This document shows positions 29,357 through 39,778 of a stretch of 64,000 nucleotides of DNA, piece after piece. This DNA comes from Candidatus Levyibacteriota bacterium (GTDB taxonomy: Bacteria > Patescibacteriota > Microgenomatia > Levybacterales > UBA12049), in contig DAIDHK010000006.1 in the NCBI GenBank assembly GCA_027459725.1, positions 1,895-65,894 of the forward strand. The letters are read 5' to 3'. A program made the translations under genes and the position numbers. Below the pieces are notes generated by a model. That model did no database searches, was not told the origin of the DNA, and worked only from the letters and a program-made list of their open reading frames with translations. Positions within the stretch are counted from its first letter, which is position 1; each line of letters opens with the position of its first letter.

Positions 29357-29644
29357 ATGGCAAAAAGGAGAGCTGCTGTTAAAAAAGCAAAAAGTAGAAA
29401 AGTTAGTGTCAAAAGTTCATCGTATTCAAGTAGTCATCATGATAATAATACATTATTGTTAATTCTGGCAGGAGTAGTTGTGGTTATTTTATGCTTGTAT
29501 TTGCTAGGCATGATTAAGTTTAATCAATTTAATGCAAATCAATATATGTCAGGAAATCAAATGTTTCGTAATAATGTTCAATACAACGTCAATCAAGAAA
29601 CAGTCATGCCATCTCCTGCTAAAGATTCACTCCAACATCCTTAA
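29357..29644 (+). CDS. Small single-TM hypothetical protein
   Basis: MAKRRAAVKK..., TM; TATAAT 6 nt before ATG 29357. Confidence 0.7.
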   Translation: MAKRRAAVKKAKSRKVSVKSSSYSSSHHDNNTLLLILAGVVVVILCLYLLGMIKFNQFNANQYMSGNQMFRNNVQYNVNQETVMPSPAKDSLQHP

Positions 29645-31049
29645 AATCCAGTTGAGATAGCAACTTTATCGAATTTAAATTTTTCTCATGGTTAAAAAAT
29701 CTGCGTAATATGTTATAAATATCTAAATCAAATTCGACATCTTTGATGAAATCTTTTGTATTGCCGCTTTCATCCACACGCACATCTCCGAAATAGCACC
29801 ATTTATCTACCAAGAAATATTCCAGTTTATTAGTAAAAATATTTCGCTCTTCAATAGCTATGGGTCCCCTAAATGGCCATGGTTTTACTTTTAACCCAGA
29901 GAATGCAGTTGTGAAGCGTAGTAAATACTTTACGACTGATTCTTTTTTTACGCAGGCACCTTTACATGTACCCAATCTGTGTGCAAAACAACTGCCTGGG
30001 GTTTTTTCAAGACCCAGAAGTTTTTCACACAAATTATACTCTTTTACCATGCGTGCTAGATATGTTTTGGCTTGTCTTCTCGAACGGAAAAAACCTATGA
30101 ATTTATCCAACGCAGAGGCCTCTAATTTGTTAAGAACCTTCAAGGATACAACAGGATAACCGCTTGGATCTGTTTCTCTATATAGACCAATTAGCTCTGT
30201 TTGACGACGCAATTGTCGGTTATACAAAGGCAAAAGTTTTTTAATTAATTTTGACTCGGTAAAAAGTGCCCCTAATTCGCCAGCGGTAGTAATAGTTTCT
30301 ATATTCCTTACTTGTTGGCTCATTTGCATTTCTATACTTGATCGGATGTCAGCATTGAAATGAGAGAGAATTCTTTCGTGAATATTTTTACTTTTACCAA
30401 CATAAAGAGGTATATTCTCTTGTCCATAAAAAATATAAACACCAGGTAGTTCTGGGAGGCTATCTATATCGGCCTGTTTTAATTGCGAGGGAAGAGATGG
30501 TCTATTCATAGCTACTTTTAATGCTGACATAAATTTTTCAGTTGGGAATAGATGCTGAACTTTTTGATAAAATTGATAAATTAAAAAAGCATCTGAATAT
30601 GCACGGTGTCTTTTATCACAGGATAATTGCATTCGATTCATCACGGCGTCTAAATTATGATGACGTTCTTCCGGAAATAGATTACGCGATAGTTTAACCG
30701 TACAGCACTGTTTGGCAGTAAAAGAAATTTCTTCACGATTAAATTCATGCTTAATAAAGCCATAATCAAATCTAGCATTGTGAGCACAAAAAACAGCATC
30801 TTTCAATAACTCGAATACTTTGTCTTTAATATCATGAAAAGTTGGCTGATTTTCCAGATCTCCAGCACGAATACCGGTGAGCATTTCTATTTCTGGAGGT
30901 AAATAACGTTGTGGATTAAGGAGTTGGTTGTAAGTCTCGATTATCTTATTATTTTCTACACGAACAATCCCTATCTCGATTACTCGGTCATAAGGAAAAC
31001 GTGTCCCAGTAGTTTCTAAATCAACAAAAGCAATCTTGGCAGGCAACAT
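29619..31049 (-). CDS. DEDDh exonuclease fused to GIY-YIG (UvrC/Cho-like) nuclease
   Basis: DLETTG, AHNARFD, HRAYSDA; PGVYIF, LYVGKS, C..H....C.GAC. Confidence 0.92.
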   Translation of the reverse strand: MLPAKIAFVDLETTGTRFPYDRVIEIGIVRVENNKIIETYNQLLNPQRYLPPEIEMLTGIRAGDLENQPTFHDIKDKVFELLKDAVFCAHNARFDYGFIKHEFNREEISFTAKQCCTVKLSRNLFPEERHHNLDAVMNRMQLSCDKRHRAYSDAFLIYQFYQKVQHLFPTEKFMSALKVAMNRPSLPSQLKQADIDSLPELPGVYIFYGQENIPLYVGKSKNIHERILSHFNADIRSSIEMQMSQQVRNIETITTAGELGALFTESKLIKKLLPLYNRQLRRQTELIGLYRETDPSGYPVVSLKVLNKLEASALDKFIGFFRSRRQAKTYLARMVKEYNLCEKLLGLEKTPGSCFAHRLGTCKGACVKKESVVKYLLRFTTAFSGLKVKPWPFRGPIAIEERNIFTNKLEYFLVDKWCYFGDVRVDESGNTKDFIKDVEFDLDIYNILRRFFNHEKNLNSIKLLSQLDFKDVGVNL

Positions 31050-31255
31050 AAGTTAAAATATTTTAAATAAAAGTCTGTGTTTAAACTTGAGATCTGGCTA
31101 TAATTCTGAAAAACTTCACAATCGATTAGTTTATGAAAAGTGGATACATACTAGCAAAAATAGATAGTAATGACAATGATTGTAATGTAATAAAACTTTA
31201 AGTTAAATAAAGCTGAGTTTGCAGTTTATCTATCTTTATGAAATGCTGATGAGAC

Positions 31256-33019
31256 ATGATGATACTATTCTTTTTTGCATTTCTTTCTGGATTAGTTACC
31301 ATATTTGCTCCTTGTATTTGGCCTTTATTGCCTATTATTTTAGCTTCTTCCTCCCAGAGTAAGGGGCATTGGCGTCCCTTAGGAGTGACTCTTGGATTGA
31401 TGCTTAGCTTTGCTTTCTTTACACTCTCAATTTCTTGGTTAATTAGTCTTTTCCACTTAGATCCTAATATCTTGCGTTGGTTTGCAGTAGTCATATTGTT
31501 TATTCTTGGGTTGGCAATGGTAATTCCCGCATTTTCAAGATTACTGGAAGGGTGGATTAGCCGTTTTAGTGGTAAATTCTCAATCGTATCTGGTTCAGAT
31601 AAGAATGAGTTTTGGTCTGGTTTTTTATTGGGTGTGTCTTTAGGTATCGTCTGGACACCTTGTGCAGGTCCTGTTTTTGCAACTGTTGCAACTTTGGCTG
31701 CTGTCGGGAACGTTTCTTTGACTTTGATATCTATCTCTCTCTTTTATGTACTGGGTGTAGGTATACCTTTGTTTATCTTTGCATATGGTGGAAGTCTGTT
31801 ACTGTCCAAAACTCGATCATTCTCAAAATATACTCTGATTGTACAAAGAATATTTGGTATTCTAGTAATTTTAATTTCTTTGGCAATTGCTACTAATTAC
31901 GACAAAGTAGTGGAGAATGATCTGTTAAATCTATTTCCAGCTTTAACTAACGGGGTAGAGAACATTGACAATAATCATGCTGTAATAAGTCAGTTGAATA
32001 AGCTAAAACATCCGGGTCAACAGTCAAGCAGCGTGTCAAATTTTAATACACAGTCTCTGTTAAACACAGATTATCCGGCTCCAGGATTAAATGGAGGAAC
32101 AGCTTGGCTGAATAATCCGAATGGGGCAGCTACCAATAGTAAACCGATAACTATGAAACAATTGCGTGGCAAGGTTGTACTTATTGATTTTTGGACATAC
32201 ACATGTATCAATTGTATTCGGACTTTGCCTCATGTAACCACGTGGTATAACAAATATCATAAAGATGGTTTTGTTGTGATTGGTGTACATACTCCTGAAT
32301 TTGCTTTTGAGCACGATACATACAATGTGTTGAATGCAATCAAAATGTTCAATATTCACTATCCCGTAGTGCAGGATAACAATTACACGATATGGAACGC
32401 TTACAACAATGAATATTGGCCGGCTGAGTATTTGATTGATGCCAATGGTAACGTAAGGCGAACAGATTTTGGTGAGGGACAGTATACTCAGATGGAAGAA
32501 GCGATTCAGTTGTTGCTGAAAGATGCTGGCAAAAAAGTGAATAACGACTTGTCTTCAGTTCCTGATAAAACACCACAGGCCCAAACATCACCCGAAACGT
32601 ATATAGGTTCAGACCGTGTAGAATATTATTATCCCAACGGTTCATATCCTGGTGGAATGTATCACTTTGTGCTGCAGAGTCCCAGTTCGAATTCATTTAG
32701 TTTGGGTGGTACATGGGACATTTATAATCAATTCGGTCAGACAGTAGGCAAGACTGAATTGCAATATAACTTCTTAGCGCAGCATGTTTACCTAGTTTTG
32801 TCTGCTGGTTTGAATAAATCAGCTATTGTAAAAGTTTTTTTGGATGGTAATCAAATCTCTGATTCAGAAGCAGGTAGTGATGTACAGAATGGAGTAGTGA
32901 ATGTTAATACTGATCGGTTGTATAATTTGGTTGATTTGCATGGTAATACTGAAAACCATATTTTGCGTCTGGAATTTGAAACATCCGGTACCCAAGTCTT
33001 CGCGTTCACATTTGGATAA
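31256..33019 (+). CDS. DipZ-like CcdA/thioredoxin fusion
   Basis: APCIWPLLP, WTPCAGP, DFWTYTCINC, GVHTPEF, YWPA, SPETY, FTFG. Confidence 0.92.
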   Translation: MMILFFFAFLSGLVTIFAPCIWPLLPIILASSSQSKGHWRPLGVTLGLMLSFAFFTLSISWLISLFHLDPNILRWFAVVILFILGLAMVIPAFSRLLEGWISRFSGKFSIVSGSDKNEFWSGFLLGVSLGIVWTPCAGPVFATVATLAAVGNVSLTLISISLFYVLGVGIPLFIFAYGGSLLLSKTRSFSKYTLIVQRIFGILVILISLAIATNYDKVVENDLLNLFPALTNGVENIDNNHAVISQLNKLKHPGQQSSSVSNFNTQSLLNTDYPAPGLNGGTAWLNNPNGAATNSKPITMKQLRGKVVLIDFWTYTCINCIRTLPHVTTWYNKYHKDGFVVIGVHTPEFAFEHDTYNVLNAIKMFNIHYPVVQDNNYTIWNAYNNEYWPAEYLIDANGNVRRTDFGEGQYTQMEEAIQLLLKDAGKKVNNDLSSVPDKTPQAQTSPETYIGSDRVEYYYPNGSYPGGMYHFVLQSPSSNSFSLGGTWDIYNQFGQTVGKTELQYNFLAQHVYLVLSAGLNKSAIVKVFLDGNQISDSEAGSDVQNGVVNVNTDRLYNLVDLHGNTENHILRLEFETSGTQVFAFTFG

Positions 33020-33065
33020 TAATTGATAATTTGTATTCTCATGTAAAGTGTTTATACTAATACAT

Positions 33066-34517
33066 ATGGACCATAATACAGAAATTAATACATCTGAAAT
33101 TAGTGAACATAATCCTGAATCTCCTGAAAATTCTGAAGCCAATAATCCAATATTTGCGGAAAATAGTTCGATTAATAGGATAGTACCACCCAATGCATTT
33201 AATAGGAGAAGTGAAATTAAAATATATCGTAAAAGGGGTGAAGAAGATGTGGATATTCCAAAAAAGTCGGAGATAAAGTGGGGTAGAAAGATATTCCCGC
33301 TAGCATTATTTGGAACTCATTTGCATCAAAATATTACCAGTAAAGTTACAGGAACAGAGCATACATACAATAGCACTGCTGAAAATGAGTTTCTGGATGC
33401 AAATCCTGCATTGAAACAAAATTGGCCAGAAATATTGGAATATGTAAATGGTAAGACTTCAGAACTTCTAGATCCTGAAGGTAAAAATGTCTGGATTGCC
33501 AAGGTTAGGTTTCTTCTCTCAAAAAATCAATGGCGCGCTGCCCGTGAAATGAATAAAGCGTTAAAGAAAGATGATATTACTGAAGAAGAGTTATCGAAGA
33601 TGTTAAGAGGAATAGATTATGGTAAATCGCTAAATACTTCTTTGGAGTCAAATGGATATATGCTTGATTTTCTTCGTCATAGACGTAAAAGAAAAGCTTT
33701 TGTAGGAAGCACAGCGGAAGCTGATTTGATTGGTTGTTTGGTACTTAAGCCACAATATGCTTGGATAGCTGAAACTTTTAAAACACTGGAAAGTAGTAAA
33801 AATGGAAAATTCAATTTTTTGAACTTTGAAAAATTAAGAGAAGAAGAAATATCTGTGAATATGCCAAATGTTTCAGGTAAAATAGATGTGAGTAAAATTA
33901 GTTACGAAAGTTTTTTTACTCATGTAATAGATGCCATATTAGATGATGGAATTAAATTAGATTTAGTTGAAATCAAGACTGCTTCAATACCTCAAGGTTC
34001 TCAAGTTAACTCGGAAGAAATAAAGAAAAAACATCAACATGATATTTCTCATACATTGCGAGTTTTGTTGAATTTTTTCGGTGGTTTTTATGCTTTAGAA
34101 CGCTTGGATTACGAACTTGAAGCTGATGAAGTACAAAAACATCTTAATGCACTACAACAAGACAATTCAGAAAATGATTCAATATCTGACTTGCAAAAAT
34201 TGAGCGAGAAAATATATACTAATCAGCGATACAAACAAGCAGTTGAAACAAAGCTCAGAAAATTGATTTCAAACATAGATACACATATCATTTCCGTGCT
34301 TATTCCTAATTTAAGATCTGATATTCCAAAAGAAAGAGTTAGGACCGGATTGCTACAGCCTTCAGATTTCGTTGCTATTTTACCCGAAGATGTCTCTATT
34401 GAAAAAATAAGCATAGACTTCAGGGGAGATGAGAGAGTCATAAAAAGTTTTGGAATTGCCGATTATGTCGCTCATTATAGAAGACAGATGCAACCCCCAA
34501 GAGTTTATGCAGCTTGA
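33066..34517 (+). CDS. Orphan protein, possible PD-(D/E)XK nuclease fold
   Basis: Long ORF; HVIDAIL...DLVEIKT motif; TATACT 7 nt before ATG 33066. Confidence 0.55.
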   Translation: MDHNTEINTSEISEHNPESPENSEANNPIFAENSSINRIVPPNAFNRRSEIKIYRKRGEEDVDIPKKSEIKWGRKIFPLALFGTHLHQNITSKVTGTEHTYNSTAENEFLDANPALKQNWPEILEYVNGKTSELLDPEGKNVWIAKVRFLLSKNQWRAAREMNKALKKDDITEEELSKMLRGIDYGKSLNTSLESNGYMLDFLRHRRKRKAFVGSTAEADLIGCLVLKPQYAWIAETFKTLESSKNGKFNFLNFEKLREEEISVNMPNVSGKIDVSKISYESFFTHVIDAILDDGIKLDLVEIKTASIPQGSQVNSEEIKKKHQHDISHTLRVLLNFFGGFYALERLDYELEADEVQKHLNALQQDNSENDSISDLQKLSEKIYTNQRYKQAVETKLRKLISNIDTHIISVLIPNLRSDIPKERVRTGLLQPSDFVAILPEDVSIEKISIDFRGDERVIKSFGIADYVAHYRRQMQPPRVYAA

Positions 34518-34555
34518 GACTGGTCAGTTAAAAATAAATCCTTTATACTAATTTA

Positions 34556-36241
34556 ATGGGGACTATTTTTTTAGACATTACCGTCATTATTTGTGTAGCA
34601 GCAGGACTCTCATTGATTTTTCGTTTATTCGATCAGCCCGCCATTTTAGCATACATTCTAACTGGAGTGCTACTTGGACCATTGGGTCTGTTCCATATTG
34701 CAAGTACCTCGGATCTTCAATCCTTCGGTTATGTGGGAATCACTCTGCTGCTTTTTATGTTAGGTCTGGAGTTGAGATTAAAAGAACTTGCCTCAATAGG
34801 CAAGACTGCTATTGTCATAGCTATTTTACAGATGTGGTTTACATTTGTCATTTCCTTCATTACTCTACGTATCCTGGATTATACCATTACTCCTGCTTTT
34901 TTTACTGCTATTGCTTTAACTTTTTCTAGTACTGTAATTTTAGTAAAAATATTTTCAGATAAAAAAGACCTAAACAGCCTGCATGGTAAATTAGCAATCG
35001 GTATCTCCCTAACCCAGGATTTAGCGGCAATAATTCTGTTAGTATTTCTATCTAACAATAAAATCTCATTGTCTCCGCTTAGCTTGACAGAAGAGATAGG
35101 TACTTTAGTAATAAAGATTGTTATAGTTTTCGCTATAATAACTTTTTTGAGTTACAGCATATTTCCAAAAATAACTCGTTATATTGCACGTTCTACAGAG
35201 TCATTATTCTTATTTAGTCTTGCTTGGGTATTTTTATTGACAGCTGTTTTAGCTTCACCATGGATTGGCTTTTCCATCGAAATAGGTGGGTTTTTGGCTG
35301 GCCTTGCATTGGCTAATACGAACGAGACATATCAGATTGTAGGTAGGATGAAACCTTTACGTGACTTTTTCATTACTATCTTTTTTGTCATGCTGGGGTT
35401 GCAAATGACCTTTGCCCATGTTTTTTCAATTTTACCTATGGTTCTAATTCTGTCTATCCTTGCCTTAATAGTAAAACCTGTTATATTAATATTACTTGCA
35501 AGTGCATTTGGTTTTCGTAAAAGAACTTCATTTTTAGTAAGTGTTAGTCTTGGACAAATTTCTGAGTTCAGTTTGCTTGTAGTATTCTTGGTGAGTAGTC
35601 TGCTTACTCCGGACGTAGTGACTACGATTGTTCTAGCAGGTCTTGTGTCATTTGCTATATCATCTTATGTTACTCAAAACAATAATTTTTTCTATAAGTT
35701 AGTAGGTGATAAATTAACATTTCTTGAAAGTTCACACATTCATCATCTGCAAGATGGAGAAAATAAGGAAGAATTATTAAATTTTAAAAACCACTTGGTA
35801 ATTATTGGTGGTCATCAGATGGGTAATAGTGTATTGGAATCTTTAGAAAAAGATGAAGATGTAGTTGTAGTTGATTTCGATCCAGATGTAGTCAGGAGAC
35901 TTCGCCAGAAAGGTGTTAAAGCATTCTTTGGTGATATAGCAGATCCGGAAATACAGGATAGAGCAGGGTTGGATAGAGCCCGGTTGGTTATATCAACTGT
36001 CCCTGATGTAGAAGATAATTTATTACTTATAGAACGTCTAAATAAAGAAAATAAAAGAGCCAAAATTATTGTTATGTGTTATGAAATCGATGATGCAAAG
36101 AGACTCTATAAATCTGGTGCTGATTATGTGGTATTGCCTCATTTAGCAGGTGGTAGGCATCTTGCAAAAGTATTAAAAAATGAAGAATTAGATGAATTTG
36201 AAAAGTACAAGAACAAAGATCTTCAATACTTCAAGATCTAA
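34556..36241 (+). CDS. Kef-type cation:proton antiporter (CPA2) with TrkA-N domain
   Basis: LLLFMLGLEL, FSST, QD, GGFLAG, RDFF, GQISEF, GD...RARLVIST. Confidence 0.93.
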   Translation: MGTIFLDITVIICVAAGLSLIFRLFDQPAILAYILTGVLLGPLGLFHIASTSDLQSFGYVGITLLLFMLGLELRLKELASIGKTAIVIAILQMWFTFVISFITLRILDYTITPAFFTAIALTFSSTVILVKIFSDKKDLNSLHGKLAIGISLTQDLAAIILLVFLSNNKISLSPLSLTEEIGTLVIKIVIVFAIITFLSYSIFPKITRYIARSTESLFLFSLAWVFLLTAVLASPWIGFSIEIGGFLAGLALANTNETYQIVGRMKPLRDFFITIFFVMLGLQMTFAHVFSILPMVLILSILALIVKPVILILLASAFGFRKRTSFLVSVSLGQISEFSLLVVFLVSSLLTPDVVTTIVLAGLVSFAISSYVTQNNNFFYKLVGDKLTFLESSHIHHLQDGENKEELLNFKNHLVIIGGHQMGNSVLESLEKDEDVVVVDFDPDVVRRLRQKGVKAFFGDIADPEIQDRAGLDRARLVISTVPDVEDNLLLIERLNKENKRAKIIVMCYEIDDAKRLYKSGADYVVLPHLAGGRHLAKVLKNEELDEFEKYKNKDLQYFKI

Positions 36242-36317
36242 AGAATTTTGGCTGCTTCTTACATATATTTTACAATTCCCACACTTCAATATAAGCTCTA
36301 TAAGCTAATATACAGAG

Positions 36318-37061
36318 GTGAAATTCCGTAAACCTATTTTATATCTAGTTATAATATCTTTCGTATTTACATTTAGTTTTTTTCCGCCATCTATTCTAGC
36401 TCAAACTAAAAATGAGGGTGGACGCAGAATAATAAGACTTGATGCTACTCCTTTTCCTACTACAGAGTTATCACCAAGTCCGTCAGTATCATCTTCTCCC
36501 ACTCCTAGTCCCGATGTTTCTCCGTCACCTTCTCTACAACCATCTCCGAGTGTAGACCCTACGGTAACACCTTCATCGGTACTTATTGATACTCCAACTC
36601 CGTCAAATACACCCTCTGTTACACCCACCCCTTCCGCTCCAACACCCACACCATCTCCTATGAGCCCTACACCAACTCCGGTTCCACCTGTAATTTATCC
36701 ACAATCTGAAGTCACAGTATCACCTACACCTGCTGTATTAGGTATTTCACAACAAACCACTCCAACGCCTCAGTTGCAGATAACTCCTACACCCACTACT
36801 GCTCCCTTGTTGCAAAGGACTTTACCAAAACTTATGGAACTCTTAAATTACGGTAATAAGACTGAGTTTTATGGACAAACAGGTTTTACTACGCAAGAGA
36901 CTAGGGTGCTTGTGTCTGTGGCGCTGTTTCTTCTGTTAGCAGGTATATATTTATTCTACTACGAAAAAATAATTTCATTTTTTAATTATTTACAAAATAA
37001 ATTGTCTTCTATGACTAATGATAGACATCTAGATCATATTGTTTTCCCTTTACATAAATGA
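36318..37061 (+). CDS. Secreted Pro/Ser/Thr-rich protein with C-terminal TM anchor
   Basis: Signal peptide, ~120-aa PT/PS repeat, TM; GTG start; ATGA overlap with GH8 gene. Confidence 0.8.
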   Translation: MKFRKPILYLVIISFVFTFSFFPPSILAQTKNEGGRRIIRLDATPFPTTELSPSPSVSSSPTPSPDVSPSPSLQPSPSVDPTVTPSSVLIDTPTPSNTPSVTPTPSAPTPTPSPMSPTPTPVPPVIYPQSEVTVSPTPAVLGISQQTTPTPQLQITPTPTTAPLLQRTLPKLMELLNYGNKTEFYGQTGFTTQETRVLVSVALFLLLAGIYLFYYEKIISFFNYLQNKLSSMTNDRHLDHIVFPLHK

Positions 37062-38245
37062 TGAATATGAGAAAGTATATAGGATTAGGTTTAATTATAT
37101 TAGCTGTGATTGTTTTACTTGGAGTGTGGTACATTAATTCTCCTTATAGCTCAACCACTAGAACTTTTTCTGCTTATACCTTACTGAATTCGTCATTTCA
37201 AAAGTATAAATCTCAATTTATTAATTCTGATGGTAGAGTAATTGACTATTCCCAAGGCTCTATTACTACATCAGAAGGTCAAAGTTATGCCATGTTGCGT
37301 GCAGTTTGGACAGATGATACCGTGACATTTGCCAAAGTTTGGAATTGGACAAAAAATGATTTACAGCATAAATCAGGTGATCATTTATTCGAGTGGCGTT
37401 GGGGTAAGCGTAGTGATGGTACTTATGGTGCTTTATCTGGGGGAGGTAATAATAGTGCGACTGATGCGGATGAAGATATTGCTTTGGCATTAATATTAGC
37501 TGGACATCGTTGGAACAACCAGACATATTTAAATGAAGCTGCTCAGATAATACCTGATATTTGGAAGTACGAAACTGCTGAAGCTAATGGACATAGATAT
37601 ATAACCGCTGGAAATTGGGCTGTCAACGGAAATGAAATTGTGATGAACCCATCATATTTTGCTCCTTATGAATATAGAATCTTTGCCAATATTGATACTA
37701 AGGATAATTGGAAGTCGTTGATTAATCCAGGATATCAAATGCTAAACAATGTCGGTAGTGCTGCATTTAATACAGGCTCAGGAGTTGGTTTACCTCCAGA
37801 TTGGTTTACTATGCAGAAAGATAATGGTACTATCAAAGTTGCCTCTATTCCTAATGCAGACAGTAATTATTCGTTTGACGCTATCAGAGTTCCTTTTCGT
37901 GTTGCGCTTGATTATTTCTGGAACAAAGATCCACAGGCGAAAGAGTATCTTCTAAAAAATTATAGTTTTCTGTTAAGTCAGTATGAAAAAACCAATCAGT
38001 TAGTTTCAGGATATACTCACAATGGCAAACCTCTAGATAATAATCAAAATCCTGATATGTACTCAACTAGTATAGGTTATTTTATGATCGCTGATCCGCA
38101 GATAGCTAAGGATATATATAACAACAAGATTATTAAACTATATTCCAATGACAGTAATAGTTTCAATTCCAATCTGGGCTATTACGAACAAAACTGGTTA
38201 TGGTTTGGTGCTGCAATGTATAACAACGCATTGCCTTATTACTAA
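37058..38245 (+). CDS. Glycoside hydrolase family 8 (BcsZ-like endoglucanase)
   Basis: TTSEGQSYAM, NSATDADEDIA, NPSYF, LPPDW, FDAIRVP; N-terminal TM. Confidence 0.92.
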   Translation: MMNMRKYIGLGLIILAVIVLLGVWYINSPYSSTTRTFSAYTLLNSSFQKYKSQFINSDGRVIDYSQGSITTSEGQSYAMLRAVWTDDTVTFAKVWNWTKNDLQHKSGDHLFEWRWGKRSDGTYGALSGGGNNSATDADEDIALALILAGHRWNNQTYLNEAAQIIPDIWKYETAEANGHRYITAGNWAVNGNEIVMNPSYFAPYEYRIFANIDTKDNWKSLINPGYQMLNNVGSAAFNTGSGVGLPPDWFTMQKDNGTIKVASIPNADSNYSFDAIRVPFRVALDYFWNKDPQAKEYLLKNYSFLLSQYEKTNQLVSGYTHNGKPLDNNQNPDMYSTSIGYFMIADPQIAKDIYNNKIIKLYSNDSNSFNSNLGYYEQNWLWFGAAMYNNALPYY

Positions 38246-38247
38246 AT

Positions 38248-39771
38248 ATGGAAAAGTTTAAAGTTAATTATTCCCGTTTACAAAAAAATATTTTAATTCT
38301 CACTATGGCGTGGGGAATAATTTATTATAGTTGGTGGTTTCAATTCTATAATGCGGGTAATTTAATTTTATACTCGTTACTTTTTATTGGGGAGACTTAC
38401 CATATTATCATGGCTTTTCTTTTCTGGCACACTGTCTGGCCAAAACGAAATAAGAATAAAACAATAAACTTGCCTAATGAATTTTTGAAGGAAGCCTCGG
38501 TTGCAATTTTAATTCCAGTTGTTTCAGAGCCTGTATATGTAGTTGAACAGACTATATTACATGCCAAAGCTATTAACTATAAAAATAAAAAAATTTATGT
38601 CTTGAATGATGGTTATGTAGCGTCCAATCCAAATTGGCAGGATTATGAAGAATTGTGTGAACGATTAAGTGTAAAAATAATTACTAGGAGATTACCCGGT
38701 GGTGCAAAAGCGGGTAATATAAATCATGCATTGACCAAGTTAAAAGAGGATTATTTGGCTATTTTCGATGCAGATATGAAGCCAAAAGAGGATTTTTTGA
38801 GTAAGACTATGCTCCATTTTGCAGATAGAAAGGTTGCTTTTGTCCAAACGCCACAATATTATGAAAATTACTCAGAAAATCAAGTTACCATGGGTGCCTG
38901 GGAACAGCAAGATTTTTTCTTTGGACCAATTATGGTTGGTAAAAATCACTATAATGCTTCGTTTCTTTGTGGGACTAACTTCGTTATCAGGAAAAAAACA
39001 TTACAGGAAATAGGTGGTTTTAATGAAAAAAATATAGCTGAGGATTTTATTACATCATTGAGGATTCATCAGCAAGGATGGAGGAGTATTTATGTCCCAG
39101 AGGTTTTAGCGAGTGGGTATGCGCCATTTGATTTAGGCGCATACTACAAACAACAACTCCGGTGGGCAAGAGGCTCGTTGGAAGTATTATTACTGCATAA
39201 TCCATTATTTATACGTCATCTTACTGCCTCTCAGAAGTTGCAGTATTTATCATCAGCGCTTTTCTATTTTAATGGGGTAGTGGTGCTAATTGATATGGTA
39301 ATTCCTCTGCTATTTTTATTTTTTGGCTTACAACCGGTAGGAGTCTCGACAACCCAATTTTCGTTATATTTTATACCTTATATTTTATTAAGCCTATACA
39401 ATATTTATCAGGTTTCGGACGGCACGATTACTTTTCGGTCATTTTCTTTCACTCAATCAAGTTTCTATCTACAATTAGTTGCTCTGTGGTCTATTTTAAC
39501 CGGTAAAAAAATGGGGTTTGTGGTTACTGATAAAGAACAGAAAGTGGGAAGAAGTTATCTTATGTTATGTTTACCTCATTTTATGTATATCGCGATCTCT
39601 GTATTTGCAATCTCTTGGGGTTATTTCAACCGAGGGTTAAATCCTGCTTTTATTGCAAATGTTGCATGGGTACTATTTAATGTAGTTCTATTTATACCAT
39701 TTATATTATCTAGCATAAGTTGGAAAAAATCTATTAATATTAATAAATCATTCCAAACCTCCTTAACTTAA
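38248..39771 (+). CDS. Cellulose synthase catalytic subunit-like GT2 lacking PilZ
   Basis: NDG, AKAGN, FDAD, QTPQ, CGT, AED, QQLRW, FVVTDK; protein ends after the last TM. Confidence 0.9.
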   Translation: MEKFKVNYSRLQKNILILTMAWGIIYYSWWFQFYNAGNLILYSLLFIGETYHIIMAFLFWHTVWPKRNKNKTINLPNEFLKEASVAILIPVVSEPVYVVEQTILHAKAINYKNKKIYVLNDGYVASNPNWQDYEELCERLSVKIITRRLPGGAKAGNINHALTKLKEDYLAIFDADMKPKEDFLSKTMLHFADRKVAFVQTPQYYENYSENQVTMGAWEQQDFFFGPIMVGKNHYNASFLCGTNFVIRKKTLQEIGGFNEKNIAEDFITSLRIHQQGWRSIYVPEVLASGYAPFDLGAYYKQQLRWARGSLEVLLLHNPLFIRHLTASQKLQYLSSALFYFNGVVVLIDMVIPLLFLFFGLQPVGVSTTQFSLYFIPYILLSLYNIYQVSDGTITFRSFSFTQSSFYLQLVALWSILTGKKMGFVVTDKEQKVGRSYLMLCLPHFMYIAISVFAISWGYFNRGLNPAFIANVAWVLFNVVLFIPFILSSISWKKSININKSFQTSLT

Positions 39772-39778
39772 TTGAAAT

